Assembly: GCA_023396215.1 (NCBI GenBank)
Contig: JAEWWW010000155.1
Coordinates: forward strand, 2,530-66,529
DNA from: Bacillota bacterium
Lineage (GTDB): Bacteria > Bacillota > Clostridia > Oscillospirales > Ruminococcaceae
Reading direction: 5' to 3'
DNA length: 64,000 nucleotides
The notes under the pieces were generated by a model, which saw only the letters and a program-made list of their open reading frames with translations, did not search any database and was not told the origin of the DNA. Shown piece by piece: positions 1 to 8,442 of the stretch (position 1 is the first letter of the stretch; each line of letters begins with the position of its first letter). The position numbers and the translations under genes were made by a program.

Positions 1-261
1 TATCAGCAGGGTGGCCGCCGCCACCGCCAACCCGTTGGAGATGACCGCCAGCAGCAGCGCCACCCCCATCCGGCCAAACATATCCGAGGCGGTGGTGCGG
101 ATAAACTGGTTCACCGCCATCACCGGCATTACCACCACCATCAGAAAGTTGGAGTAAATCCGGGTGGCCTCTGCGGTCACAATGCCCTTGCGGCCGCAGA
201 AAATGCCCACCCCAATCAGCAAAAACATTACCACTACCTGTTGGGCTACAATCAGTTCCAA
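1..261 (-). CDS. AEC-family (auxin-efflux-carrier-like) permease, N-terminal 87 codons; the rest of the gene lies beyond the window start
   Basis: My translation of the reverse strand gives (TTG)ELIVAQQVVVMFLLIGVGIFCGRKGIVTAEATRIYSNFLMVVVMPVMAVNQFIRTTASDMFGRMGVALLLAVISNGLAVAAATLLI. This is a TM1, short basic loop, TM2 pattern typical of AEC permease N-termini. It is absent from the ORF track because it is edge-truncated and has a non-ATG start. The TTG start at 259-261 is tentative. Confidence 0.5.
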   Translation of the reverse strand, partial: MELIVAQQVVVMFLLIGVGIFCGRKGIVTAEATRIYSNFLMVVVMPVMAVNQFIRTTASDMFGRMGVALLLAVISNGLAVAAATLLI

Positions 262-343
262 ACAAAAACCCCCATATTGCTCAGGCTGCCGAACATCGCC
301 GCCTGCCTGTTTTGTCACATTTACTTCTCAAGCAGGGCCGAGG

Positions 344-1585
344 TCAGATGAAATACTGCTCCACCTGCGCCACGTCCCGGTGGTCCACCAGCGCGTCGAG
401 ATAAAGGCCGTCGGCCCGGTACTCCCGTTCCAATATCTGGCCGTTTCGGGCAATGCGGTTTTCCACCCCGCCCTCGCTGTAGGGCACCAGCAGCCTTGCC
501 CGCATCCTGCCGGGGGGCAGCGTTTCGGCGATAACCTCCAGCAGCTTGGATACCCCGTGCCCGGTCTTGGCCGAAATGGCCACGGTATCCCGGCCAAAGC
601 CCAGCGGCAGCTGGGCCAGCAGGTCGGCCTTGTTCAGCACGGTGATAACCGGGGTGTCGGTCACCCCAAGCTGGGCCAGCAGATCCCGGGTAACCGCCAC
701 CTGCGTCTGGGCGTCGGGGCTGCTGATATCGCAGACGTTCAAAATCAGGTCGGCGGCCACCGCTTCCTCCAAGGTGGATTTAAACGCCTCCACCAGATGG
801 TGGGGCAGGCGGCGCACCAGACCCACCGTATCGATGAGCATGACGCTGCGGCCGTCGGGCAGCAACAGCGCCCGGGCGGTGGGGTCGAGGGTGGCAAAGA
901 GCTTATCCTCGGCCAGCACCCCCGCCTGTGTCAGGTGGTTGAGCAGGGTGGATTTGCCCACGTTGGTGTAGCCCACAATGGCTACGGTGGAAACGCCGTC
1001 CTTTTTGCGGCGCTGGCGCATCCGCTCACGGCGGCTTTCCATCTCCTGCAGCTTTTCTTCCAGCGCCTGAATGCGGCCGCGGATATGGCGGCGGTCGCTT
1101 TCCAGCTTGGTTTCGCCGGGGCCGCGGGTGCCGATGCCGCCCCCCAGCCGCGAAAGGCTGGTGCCGAGGCCCATCAGCCGGGGCAGCCGGTAACGCTGCT
1201 GCGCCAGCTCCACCTGCAGGCGGCCCTCGCTTGTGTTGGCCCGCGCGGCAAAGATATCCAGTATCAGCATGGTGCGGTCGATAACAGCGCAGTCGCAGGC
1301 TGCCTCGATGTTTTTTAGCTGCGCGGCGGTCAGCTCGTGGTCAAAGATAATCAGCTCCACCTCAAAGTTGTGGGCAAACTCCCGCATCTCCTCCAGGCGG
1401 CCCGAGCCCATGCAGGTGGCCGGCTCAAAGGAGGCCCGCTTCTGGCTGATGCGGCCCACCACCTCGCCGCCGGCGGTTTGGGTCAGCTCGGCCAGCTCAT
1501 CCAGCGAGGCCTCCACATCATATTCCCCGGTATCCACCGCCGCCAGCAGCACCCGCTGCGGCCTTTGGGTTGTATTTTCAAACAT
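344..1585 (-). CDS. hflX: GTPase HflX
   Basis: 413-aa ORF with an HflX N-terminal domain followed by a GTPase domain. Motifs seen: GYTNVGKST (G1), DTVG (G3), NKAD (G4). GGAG lies about 7 nt upstream of the ATG. Confidence 0.93.
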   Translation of the reverse strand: MFENTTQRPQRVLLAAVDTGEYDVEASLDELAELTQTAGGEVVGRISQKRASFEPATCMGSGRLEEMREFAHNFEVELIIFDHELTAAQLKNIEAACDCAVIDRTMLILDIFAARANTSEGRLQVELAQQRYRLPRLMGLGTSLSRLGGGIGTRGPGETKLESDRRHIRGRIQALEEKLQEMESRRERMRQRRKKDGVSTVAIVGYTNVGKSTLLNHLTQAGVLAEDKLFATLDPTARALLLPDGRSVMLIDTVGLVRRLPHHLVEAFKSTLEEAVAADLILNVCDISSPDAQTQVAVTRDLLAQLGVTDTPVITVLNKADLLAQLPLGFGRDTVAISAKTGHGVSKLLEVIAETLPPGRMRARLLVPYSEGGVENRIARNGQILEREYRADGLYLDALVDHRDVAQVEQYFI

Positions 1586-1868
1586 AGGCTGTTCTCCGTT
1601 TCAATGGCGTAATAGTTTTATTATGTCATAGCAGCGCCGTCATAGCAATATCGGCGCAAAAAAGGGCGCGGGTTTTCCACATTTTTATGCCTCGGCGGTT
1701 CAAAACCTCCGCCTGCGCGCAAAATCAAGGCAACCTGCGGCCTGTGCCGACCCGTTTTATGGGGAAACGGTTAAAGCGGCCGCAGGTACCGCCCGCAGCC
1801 GCTTGTGAGAATATCAGGGAATCGCTCCGGCGGCAGATACCCGCCCGCGCAAGCCATTTTAATCCGCC

Positions 1869-2456
1869 TTACTCGTAAAACCGCATGACCGAAACCACCC
1901 TGCCTAAAATCTGCAGGCTATCCACATAGATAGGGGACATGGCGTCGTTTTCGGGCTGCAGCCGAAACCGCCCGTTTTCACGGTAAAACCGCTTGACCGT
2001 CGCCTCGTCCTCCAGCAGCGCCACCACAATCTGGCCGTTTTCGGCGGCGGGGGTTTTGTGGGCCACAATCAGGTCGCCATCCAGTATCCCGGCGTTAATC
2101 ATGCTTTCGCCCCGCACCCGCAGCGCAAAAAGCTCGTTAGGGTTGAGGCCCCGGGGGGTAAAGGGCAGGTAGCCCTCAATCTCTTCCACCGCCAAAATCG
2201 GCGCGCCCGCGGTGACGGTGCCCAGTATCGGCACCCGCACCGACTGCTCCCCCGGCAGCTTGATGGCCCGGTTCAGGCCCTGCTCCCGCTGGATGAGGCC
2301 GTGCTCCTCCAGCTCGCCCAGCAGCTTGTGCACGGTGGAGGTGGATTTAATTGAAACCGCGGCGCAGATTTCCCGCACCGAGGGCGGCACGCCGTCGGCG
2401 GCCCTGCTGCCGATATACTCCAAAATCTTCAGTGCCTTTTGGCTTGGTCCTGGCAT
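1869..2456 (-). CDS. lexA: LexA repressor (S24 peptidase)
   Basis: N-terminal winged HTH, Ala-Gly cleavage site (TVTAGAPIL), catalytic Ser (RGESM) and Lys (TVKRF). The ATG at 2456 is preceded by GGGAGG. The ORF-track start at 2507 is a TTG extension. Confidence 0.92.
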   Translation of the reverse strand: MPGPSQKALKILEYIGSRAADGVPPSVREICAAVSIKSTSTVHKLLGELEEHGLIQREQGLNRAIKLPGEQSVRVPILGTVTAGAPILAVEEIEGYLPFTPRGLNPNELFALRVRGESMINAGILDGDLIVAHKTPAAENGQIVVALLEDEATVKRFYRENGRFRLQPENDAMSPIYVDSLQILGRVVSVMRFYE

Positions 2457-2686
2457 AGGTGGTTCCTCCCTGTATGGTGGTTTGGCCTGTGCAGTGCCCT
2501 TCGGCAACGTGGTTTTTCATCCTGCCGCAGGCGGCATATCAATCGGTTGGTTGGTCACACAATCGGATAATACGACCCCCAAAAGGGGTCATGCTCCGCC
2601 TTGTGCTGCGCGCGGGCCGCCGGTCAAAAGCGGCTGCCGCGGCTTCGGGTGAGGTTTTATAGGGCGCAACCATATAATATAAAGCT

Positions 2687-2725
2687 ATTATAACATACTG
2701 GCGCATTAATTTCAAACATATGTTT
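2687..2725 (-). promoter_or_regulatory. Putative lexA promoter with overlapping LexA (SOS/Cheo-type) operator
   Basis: On the minus strand, TTGAAA (2715-2710) is followed by 17 bp and then TATAAT (2692-2687). The perfect palindrome AAACATATGTTT (2714-2725) overlaps the -35 and resembles GAAC-N4-GTTC. Confidence 0.5.
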
Positions 2726-2860
2726 TTTACAAAACCTTATTCCTTTATTCATAGCGTTTTAACAAATATTGTAAGGCTTAGGCTATAATAGAATTGTACA
2801 TCAAAGATATATCCGCAAATATCTTTGGTACATTCTACTACCCTCCTCAAAACACACCTC

Positions 2861-2897
2861 AAAAAAATACAGACGCCTTTGGCGTCTGTATTTTTTT
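2861..2897 (-). terminator. Bidirectional rho-independent terminator
   Basis: A7, then TACAGACGCC, TTT, GGCGTCTGTA, then T7. It lies 12 nt downstream of the stop of the 2909-3214 gene. Confidence 0.8.
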
Positions 2898-2908
2898 ATG
2901 CTGTCGGT

Positions 2909-3214
2909 TCAGCTTTCTTCATCCTTCTTCTGCTGCGGCTCAGCGGCCTCGGGCCAACGAGCCACAAACACCTGCGAAAAATCCCCAAACTGCGAACCGA
3001 AGCTTTCCGCAATGCCGCCGAAAAGCTCTTCCGCCGCGCGGCTGAGCCGTTCGGCCAGCTCCCGCTGCTCCTCCTCGGTCATCGGCGGCTCGGGCTGCTG
3101 CCGCACCGGCTCAGGCTGCTGGTTTTGAACCGCCATCTGCCCAAAATAAGCCCCTATCAGCATAAAAAGCGCCGCACCGGCGGCAATCACAATGCCTGCC
3201 AGCAATATCTCCAT
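2909..3214 (-). CDS. Small single-pass membrane protein, function unknown
   Basis: N-terminal hydrophobic helix (MEILLAGIVIAAGAALFMLIGAYF) followed by a charged Gln/Pro/Glu-rich tail. The ATG at 3214 is preceded by GGAAGGTGGGG. The ORF track extends to 3241. Confidence 0.5.
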   Translation of the reverse strand: MEILLAGIVIAAGAALFMLIGAYFGQMAVQNQQPEPVRQQPEPPMTEEEQRELAERLSRAAEELFGGIAESFGSQFGDFSQVFVARWPEAAEPQQKKDEES

Positions 3215-3427
3215 CTTTGCCCCACCTTCCATTATCTTCAACCCATCCTATTCTTTTGGGGGCCGGGCGGTTACAAAACAAGCTTTTTTTGCAGAAAATA
3301 TCTGTATAGGCATCGCTGTTTTCTTCGCTTTCTCCACAATCAAAAGCTATTCATCCTTTGCCCGGCTGTAATTGTGTGGCAGGCCCGGTGGCATATCCGA
3401 GGCATTTTGGGAAAAACTTTAAGTAAA

Positions 3428-3600
3428 GGCAATATCGCACAATTCACGGCTACCGCCTTAAGCACCCTGTCGCTTGCGGATTTTCCGTAATCCTTTACAA
3501 AAATCCTCGTGAATACACTCAGTATTCCCTGCGGTTTTTGTTTTATCTGACGAAAAATCCACCGATGCGCCAGAGCACTTAGAACTGTGCGGTATTGCCC
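3428..3600 (+). repeat. Repeat family A, copy 1 (about 174 bp, palindromic MITE/REP-like intergenic element)
   Basis: Near-identical to 18584-18757 and 43075-43250. Terminal inverted repeats GGCAATATCGCACAATTC ... GAACTGTGCGGTATTGCC. Central GGGAATAC/GTATTCCC hairpin. No coding potential. Confidence 0.85.
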
Positions 3601-3628
3601 AAATTCTCTTTTTTGGGGGGAAGCAGCC

Positions 3629-4564
3629 ATGCAGCTAAGCCGGAGGCTTTTTTGGCGCATCATGGTTTTGATTGCACTGAATATTTTTGTTATCTCATTG
3701 GTGGCCTATTCCAACTCGCTGGACAGCTCGCCCGCACTTTCCCAGTTGGGCTCCCGCAGCGAGGAGGTTCGCCAGATACAAACCCGCCTCAAGGATTGGG
3801 GCTACTACACCGGCGCAATCGACGGCATCTACGGCACCAAGACCCAGACCGCCGTGCGGTATTTTCAGCAGCGCAACGGCCTTGTGGTGGATGGCATTGC
3901 CGGTGCAGCCACCCTTTCGGCGCTGGGCATCCAGTCGGGGTCTGCGCAGACGGCGGCTTCTTCCTCGTCTGTGCTCAAGCGGGGCTCACAGGGCAGCACG
4001 GTGCGCACCCTGCAAACCCGGCTCAAGGAGTGGGGCTACTATAAGGGCTCTGTGGATGGGGTTTACGGCTCGGGCACCGAGGCCGCGGTCAAGCAGTTTC
4101 AGAAAAAGCACGGCCTTGCGGTAGACGGTATCGCCGGCCCGGCCACCCTGCGGGCCATCGGCATCTCGGGAGGCAGCTCCACAGCCGCCAGCAACAACCA
4201 GTCCTCGGTTTCAAACTCCGACTACCAGCTTCTGGGGCGAATCATCTCGGCTGAGGCAAGGGGAGAGCCCTACTCGGGGCAGGTAGCGGTGGGCGCGGTC
4301 ATCCTGAACCGGATTAAGCACCCCTCCTTTCCCGACAGCATCGCGGGGGTCATCTACCAGCCCGGAGCCTTTACCGCCATCACCGACGGCCAGATCAACC
4401 AGCCGGTGGCCGACAGCGCCCTGAAGGCCGCCAAGGAAGCGCTAAACGGGGCCGACCCCTCGGGCGGCAGCATCTATTACTACAACCCCGATAAAACCAG
4501 CAACCGCTGGATGCGCACCCGGCCTGTGATAGTGCGCATCGGCAGCCACCTGTTCTGCAAATAA
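3629..4564 (+). CDS. sleB: Spore cortex-lytic enzyme SleB-type cell wall hydrolase (signal/TM, two peptidoglycan-binding repeats, SleB/CwlJ hydrolase domain)
   Basis: Two PG_binding_1-like repeats (VRQIQTRLKDWGYYTGAIDGIYG... and VRTLQTRLKEWGYYKGSVDGVYG...). C-terminal RIISAEARGEPYSGQVAVGAVILNRIKHPSFPDSIAGVIYQPGAF matches the SleB/CwlJ family. The ATG at 3629 follows GGGGGGAAG. Confidence 0.85.
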   Translation: MQLSRRLFWRIMVLIALNIFVISLVAYSNSLDSSPALSQLGSRSEEVRQIQTRLKDWGYYTGAIDGIYGTKTQTAVRYFQQRNGLVVDGIAGAATLSALGIQSGSAQTAASSSSVLKRGSQGSTVRTLQTRLKEWGYYKGSVDGVYGSGTEAAVKQFQKKHGLAVDGIAGPATLRAIGISGGSSTAASNNQSSVSNSDYQLLGRIISAEARGEPYSGQVAVGAVILNRIKHPSFPDSIAGVIYQPGAFTAITDGQINQPVADSALKAAKEALNGADPSGGSIYYYNPDKTSNRWMRTRPVIVRIGSHLFCK

Positions 4565-4575
4565 AACATCAAAAG

Positions 4576-4620
4576 AAGAGGCCGACGCGCTACTGGGTGG
4601 CGCGTCGGCCTCTTTATCTT
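4576..4620. terminator. Bidirectional terminator hairpin between convergent genes
   Basis: AAGAGGCCGACGCGC, 9-nt loop, GCGCGTCGGCCTCTT, with A-rich and T-rich flanks. Confidence 0.75.
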
Positions 4621-4624
4621 TTGC

Positions 4625-5410
4625 TTATTCCGGCGGTTCATCCTCCAGCAGCAGATTCAGCATCCGTTCGGGGTCGTTTAAAAACCGTTTGGTCAACTGG
4701 TAGTGCTCGGTCTGCCGGTAAGAAACTGTCTGGATGCCGCTTTCTGAAAGCTGGTAGATTTGCGCATGGGGGAAGGCCAGCAGCATCGGCGAATGGGTGG
4801 CGATGATAAACTGGGAATTCTTTTTGACCAGCGCGTCTATCTCGGCTATTAAAACCAGCAGCCTGGCGGGCGAAAGCGCGGCCTCCGGCTCGTCGAGAAT
4901 ATACAGCCCGTTGCCGCCAAAGCGGTTTTGTACCAGCGCCAAAAAGCTTTCGCCGTGAGACTGCTGGTGCAGCGAAACCCCGCCGTAGCTGGCGATAACC
5001 GGGAGCTGATAAGAGGGCTCGCTGTCTATCTGGTCGATATAGCTGGCGGCGTTGTAAAAGCTTTCGGCCCGCAGAAAGAAGCCGTCCTTTGCATATTTTG
5101 ACCGGGCGAGGGTCAGGTGCCGGTGCAGCTCGGAGTGGGAACGGTTGGTGGCAAAGCGGAAGTTTTTGCTGCCCCCCTCGGCGTTAAAGCCAAAGGCCAC
5201 CGCAATGGCCTCCAGCAGGGTGGATTTGCCGGTGCCGTTTTCGCCCACAAAGATGCTTACCGGCCGGGTGATGGGCAGCGACCCCATTTGGGCCAGATGC
5301 CGGATGACCGGCAGCCGCCCCAGATAGGAGCCCTCCTCCACCGGCCTGCTTAAAATCACCTCGCTGATGTACTGCCCGTCCAGCACCGCGCCACCGCCTT
5401 TCCTTGCCAA
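4625..5410 (-). CDS. AAA/ABC-type ATPase (COG3910-like predicted ATPase)
   Basis: Walker A GENGTGKST, ABC-like signature QSHGES, Walker B LYILDEPE, H-loop ATHSP. The start is uncertain: TTG at 5410 or GTG at 5386. Confidence 0.8.
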   Translation of the reverse strand: MARKGGGAVLDGQYISEVILSRPVEEGSYLGRLPVIRHLAQMGSLPITRPVSIFVGENGTGKSTLLEAIAVAFGFNAEGGSKNFRFATNRSHSELHRHLTLARSKYAKDGFFLRAESFYNAASYIDQIDSEPSYQLPVIASYGGVSLHQQSHGESFLALVQNRFGGNGLYILDEPEAALSPARLLVLIAEIDALVKKNSQFIIATHSPMLLAFPHAQIYQLSESGIQTVSYRQTEHYQLTKRFLNDPERMLNLLLEDEPPE

Positions 5411-5420
5411 TCCCCGGCGC

Positions 5421-6584
5421 TTACGCCTCCGAGGAGGGCAGCGCCCGGGCTTTTTGCTCTATCAGCTTCATCAGCTCCCCCTCGGTTTTAACCTCGGCCC
5501 TGTAGGGCCAGCTTTTGGCCGCCTTGTGAAAGCGGGCAAGTGTCTTTTGGGCCCGCTTTTCATCCCGCAGCACCAGCAGCTCGTAGGCGTACTGCAAGCG
5601 GATGCGCGAGAGATAGATTTTTGTGGCCTGCATATATTTTTTCAGCGCCCCGGTGTAGAGGGCGTCAATCTCCTGCCTGCGGCAGGGGCCGATGATTTCA
5701 TAAAACAGCAGCTCACACCGCAGCTCGTTGCGGTGCAGCTCCAGCATGCCGGGGGCGTGCTCCAGCAGGTAACGGCTGACCTGCTCGGCCCGCTCAAAAT
5801 CCCGCCTGCTGTGGTGGTAGGCGGCGCAAAGGTTGGCCAGCCCGCCCACAATGGGGTTTTTCAGCGCCTCTTCACCGGGCAGCACAAACCACTGGGGCGG
5901 CATATCGGCAAGGTCCTGCCCGCGGGTCATCAGGCCGTTGACCTGCAGCTGCACCCAAAAGGCCCTGAGCCCCACAGGGTCTTTGCGCAGGGCGAGTGCA
6001 TTGTAGCCGTCGTTGGCAATGCCCCCCAGCTTTAGGGGAATGGCGTTGCTCAGCCCCATCAGCAGCCCAAACACGGCGTTGCCCCACAAAAAGATGCGCA
6101 AAAACAGGGCGTTTGGCAGCACCGGGTAAAGCAGCAGGCAGAGGGCAATCGAAAGAAAGTTAAAGGCCGAACCCCCCAGATTATACAGCACGGTGGGGTA
6201 GCCGCCGTCGGCACTGCGGGGCGGCGGCAGCATGAGGCATTGCCCGCCGGTGCCCGCCACCGTATATCTCCTGAACCGGCAGCCCTCCTCCTCGGCGGCC
6301 AGCATCAGGCTGCCCACGCGAAAGGACACAAACCGGTAGCCGCTGAGCAGGCCGAACACAAGGTGCCCCAGCTCGTGCAGCACAATCTGCAAAAAGCCCG
6401 CGGCGCAGATAACCAGCAGCGCCGTCCCCAGCGCAATCAGGTTGCCCGAGAGGCAGACCCCGCCCAGCATCCTGTCCTTCAGGGCCACCCCCATCAGACC
6501 GCCTGCAATACCGCCTATCACGGTAAAGGCGGCAAAGGCAGCCCATCCGCCTATTTTCTCTTTGAGTTTGCTTTTCGCTTTCAT
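5421..6584 (-). CDS. Site-2-protease-like (M50 family) intramembrane zinc metalloprotease with C-terminal helical domain
   Basis: HELGH (HExxH) lies within a TM helix, and a second S2P motif NAIPLKLGGIANDG (NxxPxxxxDG-like) is present. There are several TM segments and a soluble helical C-terminus. The ATG at 6584 follows AGGGAGAAG. The ORF track extends to 6749. Confidence 0.7.
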   Translation of the reverse strand: MKAKSKLKEKIGGWAAFAAFTVIGGIAGGLMGVALKDRMLGGVCLSGNLIALGTALLVICAAGFLQIVLHELGHLVFGLLSGYRFVSFRVGSLMLAAEEEGCRFRRYTVAGTGGQCLMLPPPRSADGGYPTVLYNLGGSAFNFLSIALCLLLYPVLPNALFLRIFLWGNAVFGLLMGLSNAIPLKLGGIANDGYNALALRKDPVGLRAFWVQLQVNGLMTRGQDLADMPPQWFVLPGEEALKNPIVGGLANLCAAYHHSRRDFERAEQVSRYLLEHAPGMLELHRNELRCELLFYEIIGPCRRQEIDALYTGALKKYMQATKIYLSRIRLQYAYELLVLRDEKRAQKTLARFHKAAKSWPYRAEVKTEGELMKLIEQKARALPSSEA

Positions 6585-6835
6585 CCTGCTTCTCCCTTTT
6601 GCCACCGGTATAACCGCCGTGGGTAATCCCTTATAGTATAGCGTGAACCGGCCCCGAATGCTACCCACCCGGAACACCCCGCCCCCGCTTTTCAGCGCAG
6701 GAGGCTGGCTTTCGTCTGGGCGTGGCCTGCCCTGTGCGGCCCAAGGCAAAACGCCCCCAACCCCGCGCGGAGGCCGAAGGCGTCATCAATATTGTATTTC
6801 CTGCGCCGCGCCCTGTGCAGGGTGTGGGCAGGCTT

Positions 6836-7690
6836 TTACCGCACTGCTGTTTCCAGCAGCAGCCGTTCCAGCACCTGGGCCACTCCTTCTCCGATGTTGG
6901 TGTCGGTCACCTTGTCAGCAAGGGCCTTGGTATCCTCAGCCGCGTTGCCCATCGCCACCGAATGGCCTGCCCACCGCAGCAGCGAATGGTCGTTGTAGCC
7001 GTCCCCTATGGCGATGACCTCCTCGGGCGAGATGCCCAAAATATCACACAGGAGCTGCGCGCCCCGAGCCTTGTCGCACCCGGCGGCGTTAAACTCCAGG
7101 TTATCGGGCATCGAGCTGCAGGCGGTATAATCCGGCAGCGTCGCCAGCTCCTGCAGGGCCTTTTGCTTGTTCTCCGGCGTCATATAGATAAAAACAATCT
7201 TCTCTACCTCCCCGGGCTTTTCGCGGAGCATTCGGGGCAGGCTGGGTACAATCCGCCGGGCCGCGCCAAGCACATCCACCACCCCCGGGGGCGGGGAGGG
7301 GCTGCGGCGCATGCCGGAGTCGTAGAGGCGCCCATCCAGAAAGGCGTGGGCTCCGATAGTCACCTGCGCCACAACGCCGTGGCGCTCGGCCCACTCCACC
7401 AGCTCCAGCGCCAGCGGCAGCGAAAGAAAATCGGTGGCGAGCATTTCCATACCGGGCAGCCGCAAAACCGCCGCGCCGTTGGAAACCAGCGCATAGCGCA
7501 TCGGCAGGCCCAGCACCGAAGGCGGAAGCATCCCCCGGCCGCGCCCGGTGGCGGGAATGATTTCCACCCCGCGCAGGCGCGCCTGCCGCACCGCGTCGGC
7601 GGTGCGCAGCGTGATGGTGGCTTGGTCCTTTGCTAAGAGAGTGCCGTCCAGATCGGTAAATACCGCACGGAACGGACCCTTATTGGCCAT
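6836..7690 (-). CDS. Cof-type HAD-IIB family phosphatase
   Basis: FTDLDGTLL (motif I), ATGR, and GDGYNDHSLL (motif IV). The ATG at 7690 overlaps the stop of the upstream aldolase gene. Confidence 0.85.
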   Translation of the reverse strand: MANKGPFRAVFTDLDGTLLAKDQATITLRTADAVRQARLRGVEIIPATGRGRGMLPPSVLGLPMRYALVSNGAAVLRLPGMEMLATDFLSLPLALELVEWAERHGVVAQVTIGAHAFLDGRLYDSGMRRSPSPPPGVVDVLGAARRIVPSLPRMLREKPGEVEKIVFIYMTPENKQKALQELATLPDYTACSSMPDNLEFNAAGCDKARGAQLLCDILGISPEEVIAIGDGYNDHSLLRWAGHSVAMGNAAEDTKALADKVTDTNIGEGVAQVLERLLLETAVR

Positions 7691-8315
7691 AGGTTTCCCA
7701 CCCGGCCGCCTCTTGGGCAATCTGCTCCGGGGTCAGTAGCGGCACCGGCCCCATTACGCGGGCCATGATATAGGTTTTGGCGGCCTCTTCCAGATACACC
7801 GCCGAGTACAGCGCCTCTTCCATGCTGGCGCCGTAGGCCATCACGCCATGGTGCTTCAAAATCACCGCCAGCGCGTCGCCCGCGTACTCCACCGTCAGCT
7901 CACCCATCCCCACGTCGGAGGATGCGGTGAAGGGGGCCACCTGCACATCCGCCCGGTTGGCGTCGATGATGGTGACCATGCAGGCGGGCAGCAGATCGCA
8001 GGAAAGGCCCACCGCGGTGGCATAGGGCTGGTGAGTGTGGATGATGGCGTTCACCCAGGGCATTTTCTCAAAGATATAGAGCAGGGCGGGGGTATCACTG
8101 GAGGGCTTGAGCCGTCCTTCCACCACCTTGCCGGATGCATCCACCACCACGATATCCTCTGGGCTCATGGTTTCATAGGCCACCCCCGAGGGGGTCACCA
8201 GAAAATTGCCGCCCTCCACCCGCAGGCTCACATTGCCCCCGGTGAGTGAAATCAGGCGGTATTCCTTCATCTGCAGCGCGCTTTGCAGCACCTGCTTTTT
8301 CTCTGCTTCAAACAT
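7680..8315 (-). CDS. Class II aldolase/adducin-family protein (L-ribulose-5-P 4-epimerase / fuculose-P aldolase-like)
   Basis: 211 aa starting MFEAEKKQVL... It contains TGGNVS, VTPSG and IIHTHQPYATA metal-binding histidines. AGGAGG lies upstream of the ATG at 8315. The ORF-track N-terminal extension to 8600 is implausible. Confidence 0.85.
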   Translation of the reverse strand: MFEAEKKQVLQSALQMKEYRLISLTGGNVSLRVEGGNFLVTPSGVAYETMSPEDIVVVDASGKVVEGRLKPSSDTPALLYIFEKMPWVNAIIHTHQPYATAVGLSCDLLPACMVTIIDANRADVQVAPFTASSDVGMGELTVEYAGDALAVILKHHGVMAYGASMEEALYSAVYLEEAAKTYIMARVMGPVPLLTPEQIAQEAAGWETYGQ

Positions 8316-8361
8316 AACAAACCTCCTAATCCCATTTATCCGGCCCAAAACGCCGGACAGC

Positions 8362-8397
8362 CAAAAACACCTGTGCGCTGCCCTGCGGCACAGGTGC
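8362..8397 (-). terminator. Intra-operon rho-independent terminator/attenuator
   Basis: Minus strand reads CACCTGTGC, 11-nt loop, GCACAGGTG, then TTTTT. It sits between the epimerase and aldolase genes. Confidence 0.6.
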
Positions 8398-8442
8398 TGG
8401 CCAAAACAAGCCTTTCCCTCCCGGCGGTTGCCGGCAGGGGCT

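Noticed and set aside
2909-3214. Small membrane protein next to lexA considered as an SOS-induced cell-division inhibitor (YneA/SidA-like).
   Set aside because: It lies upstream of lexA on the same strand, separated from it by its own strong terminator. It is not divergent from the LexA-box promoter. No LexA-box-like palindrome was seen near its own upstream region, and it has no LysM or other supporting motif.
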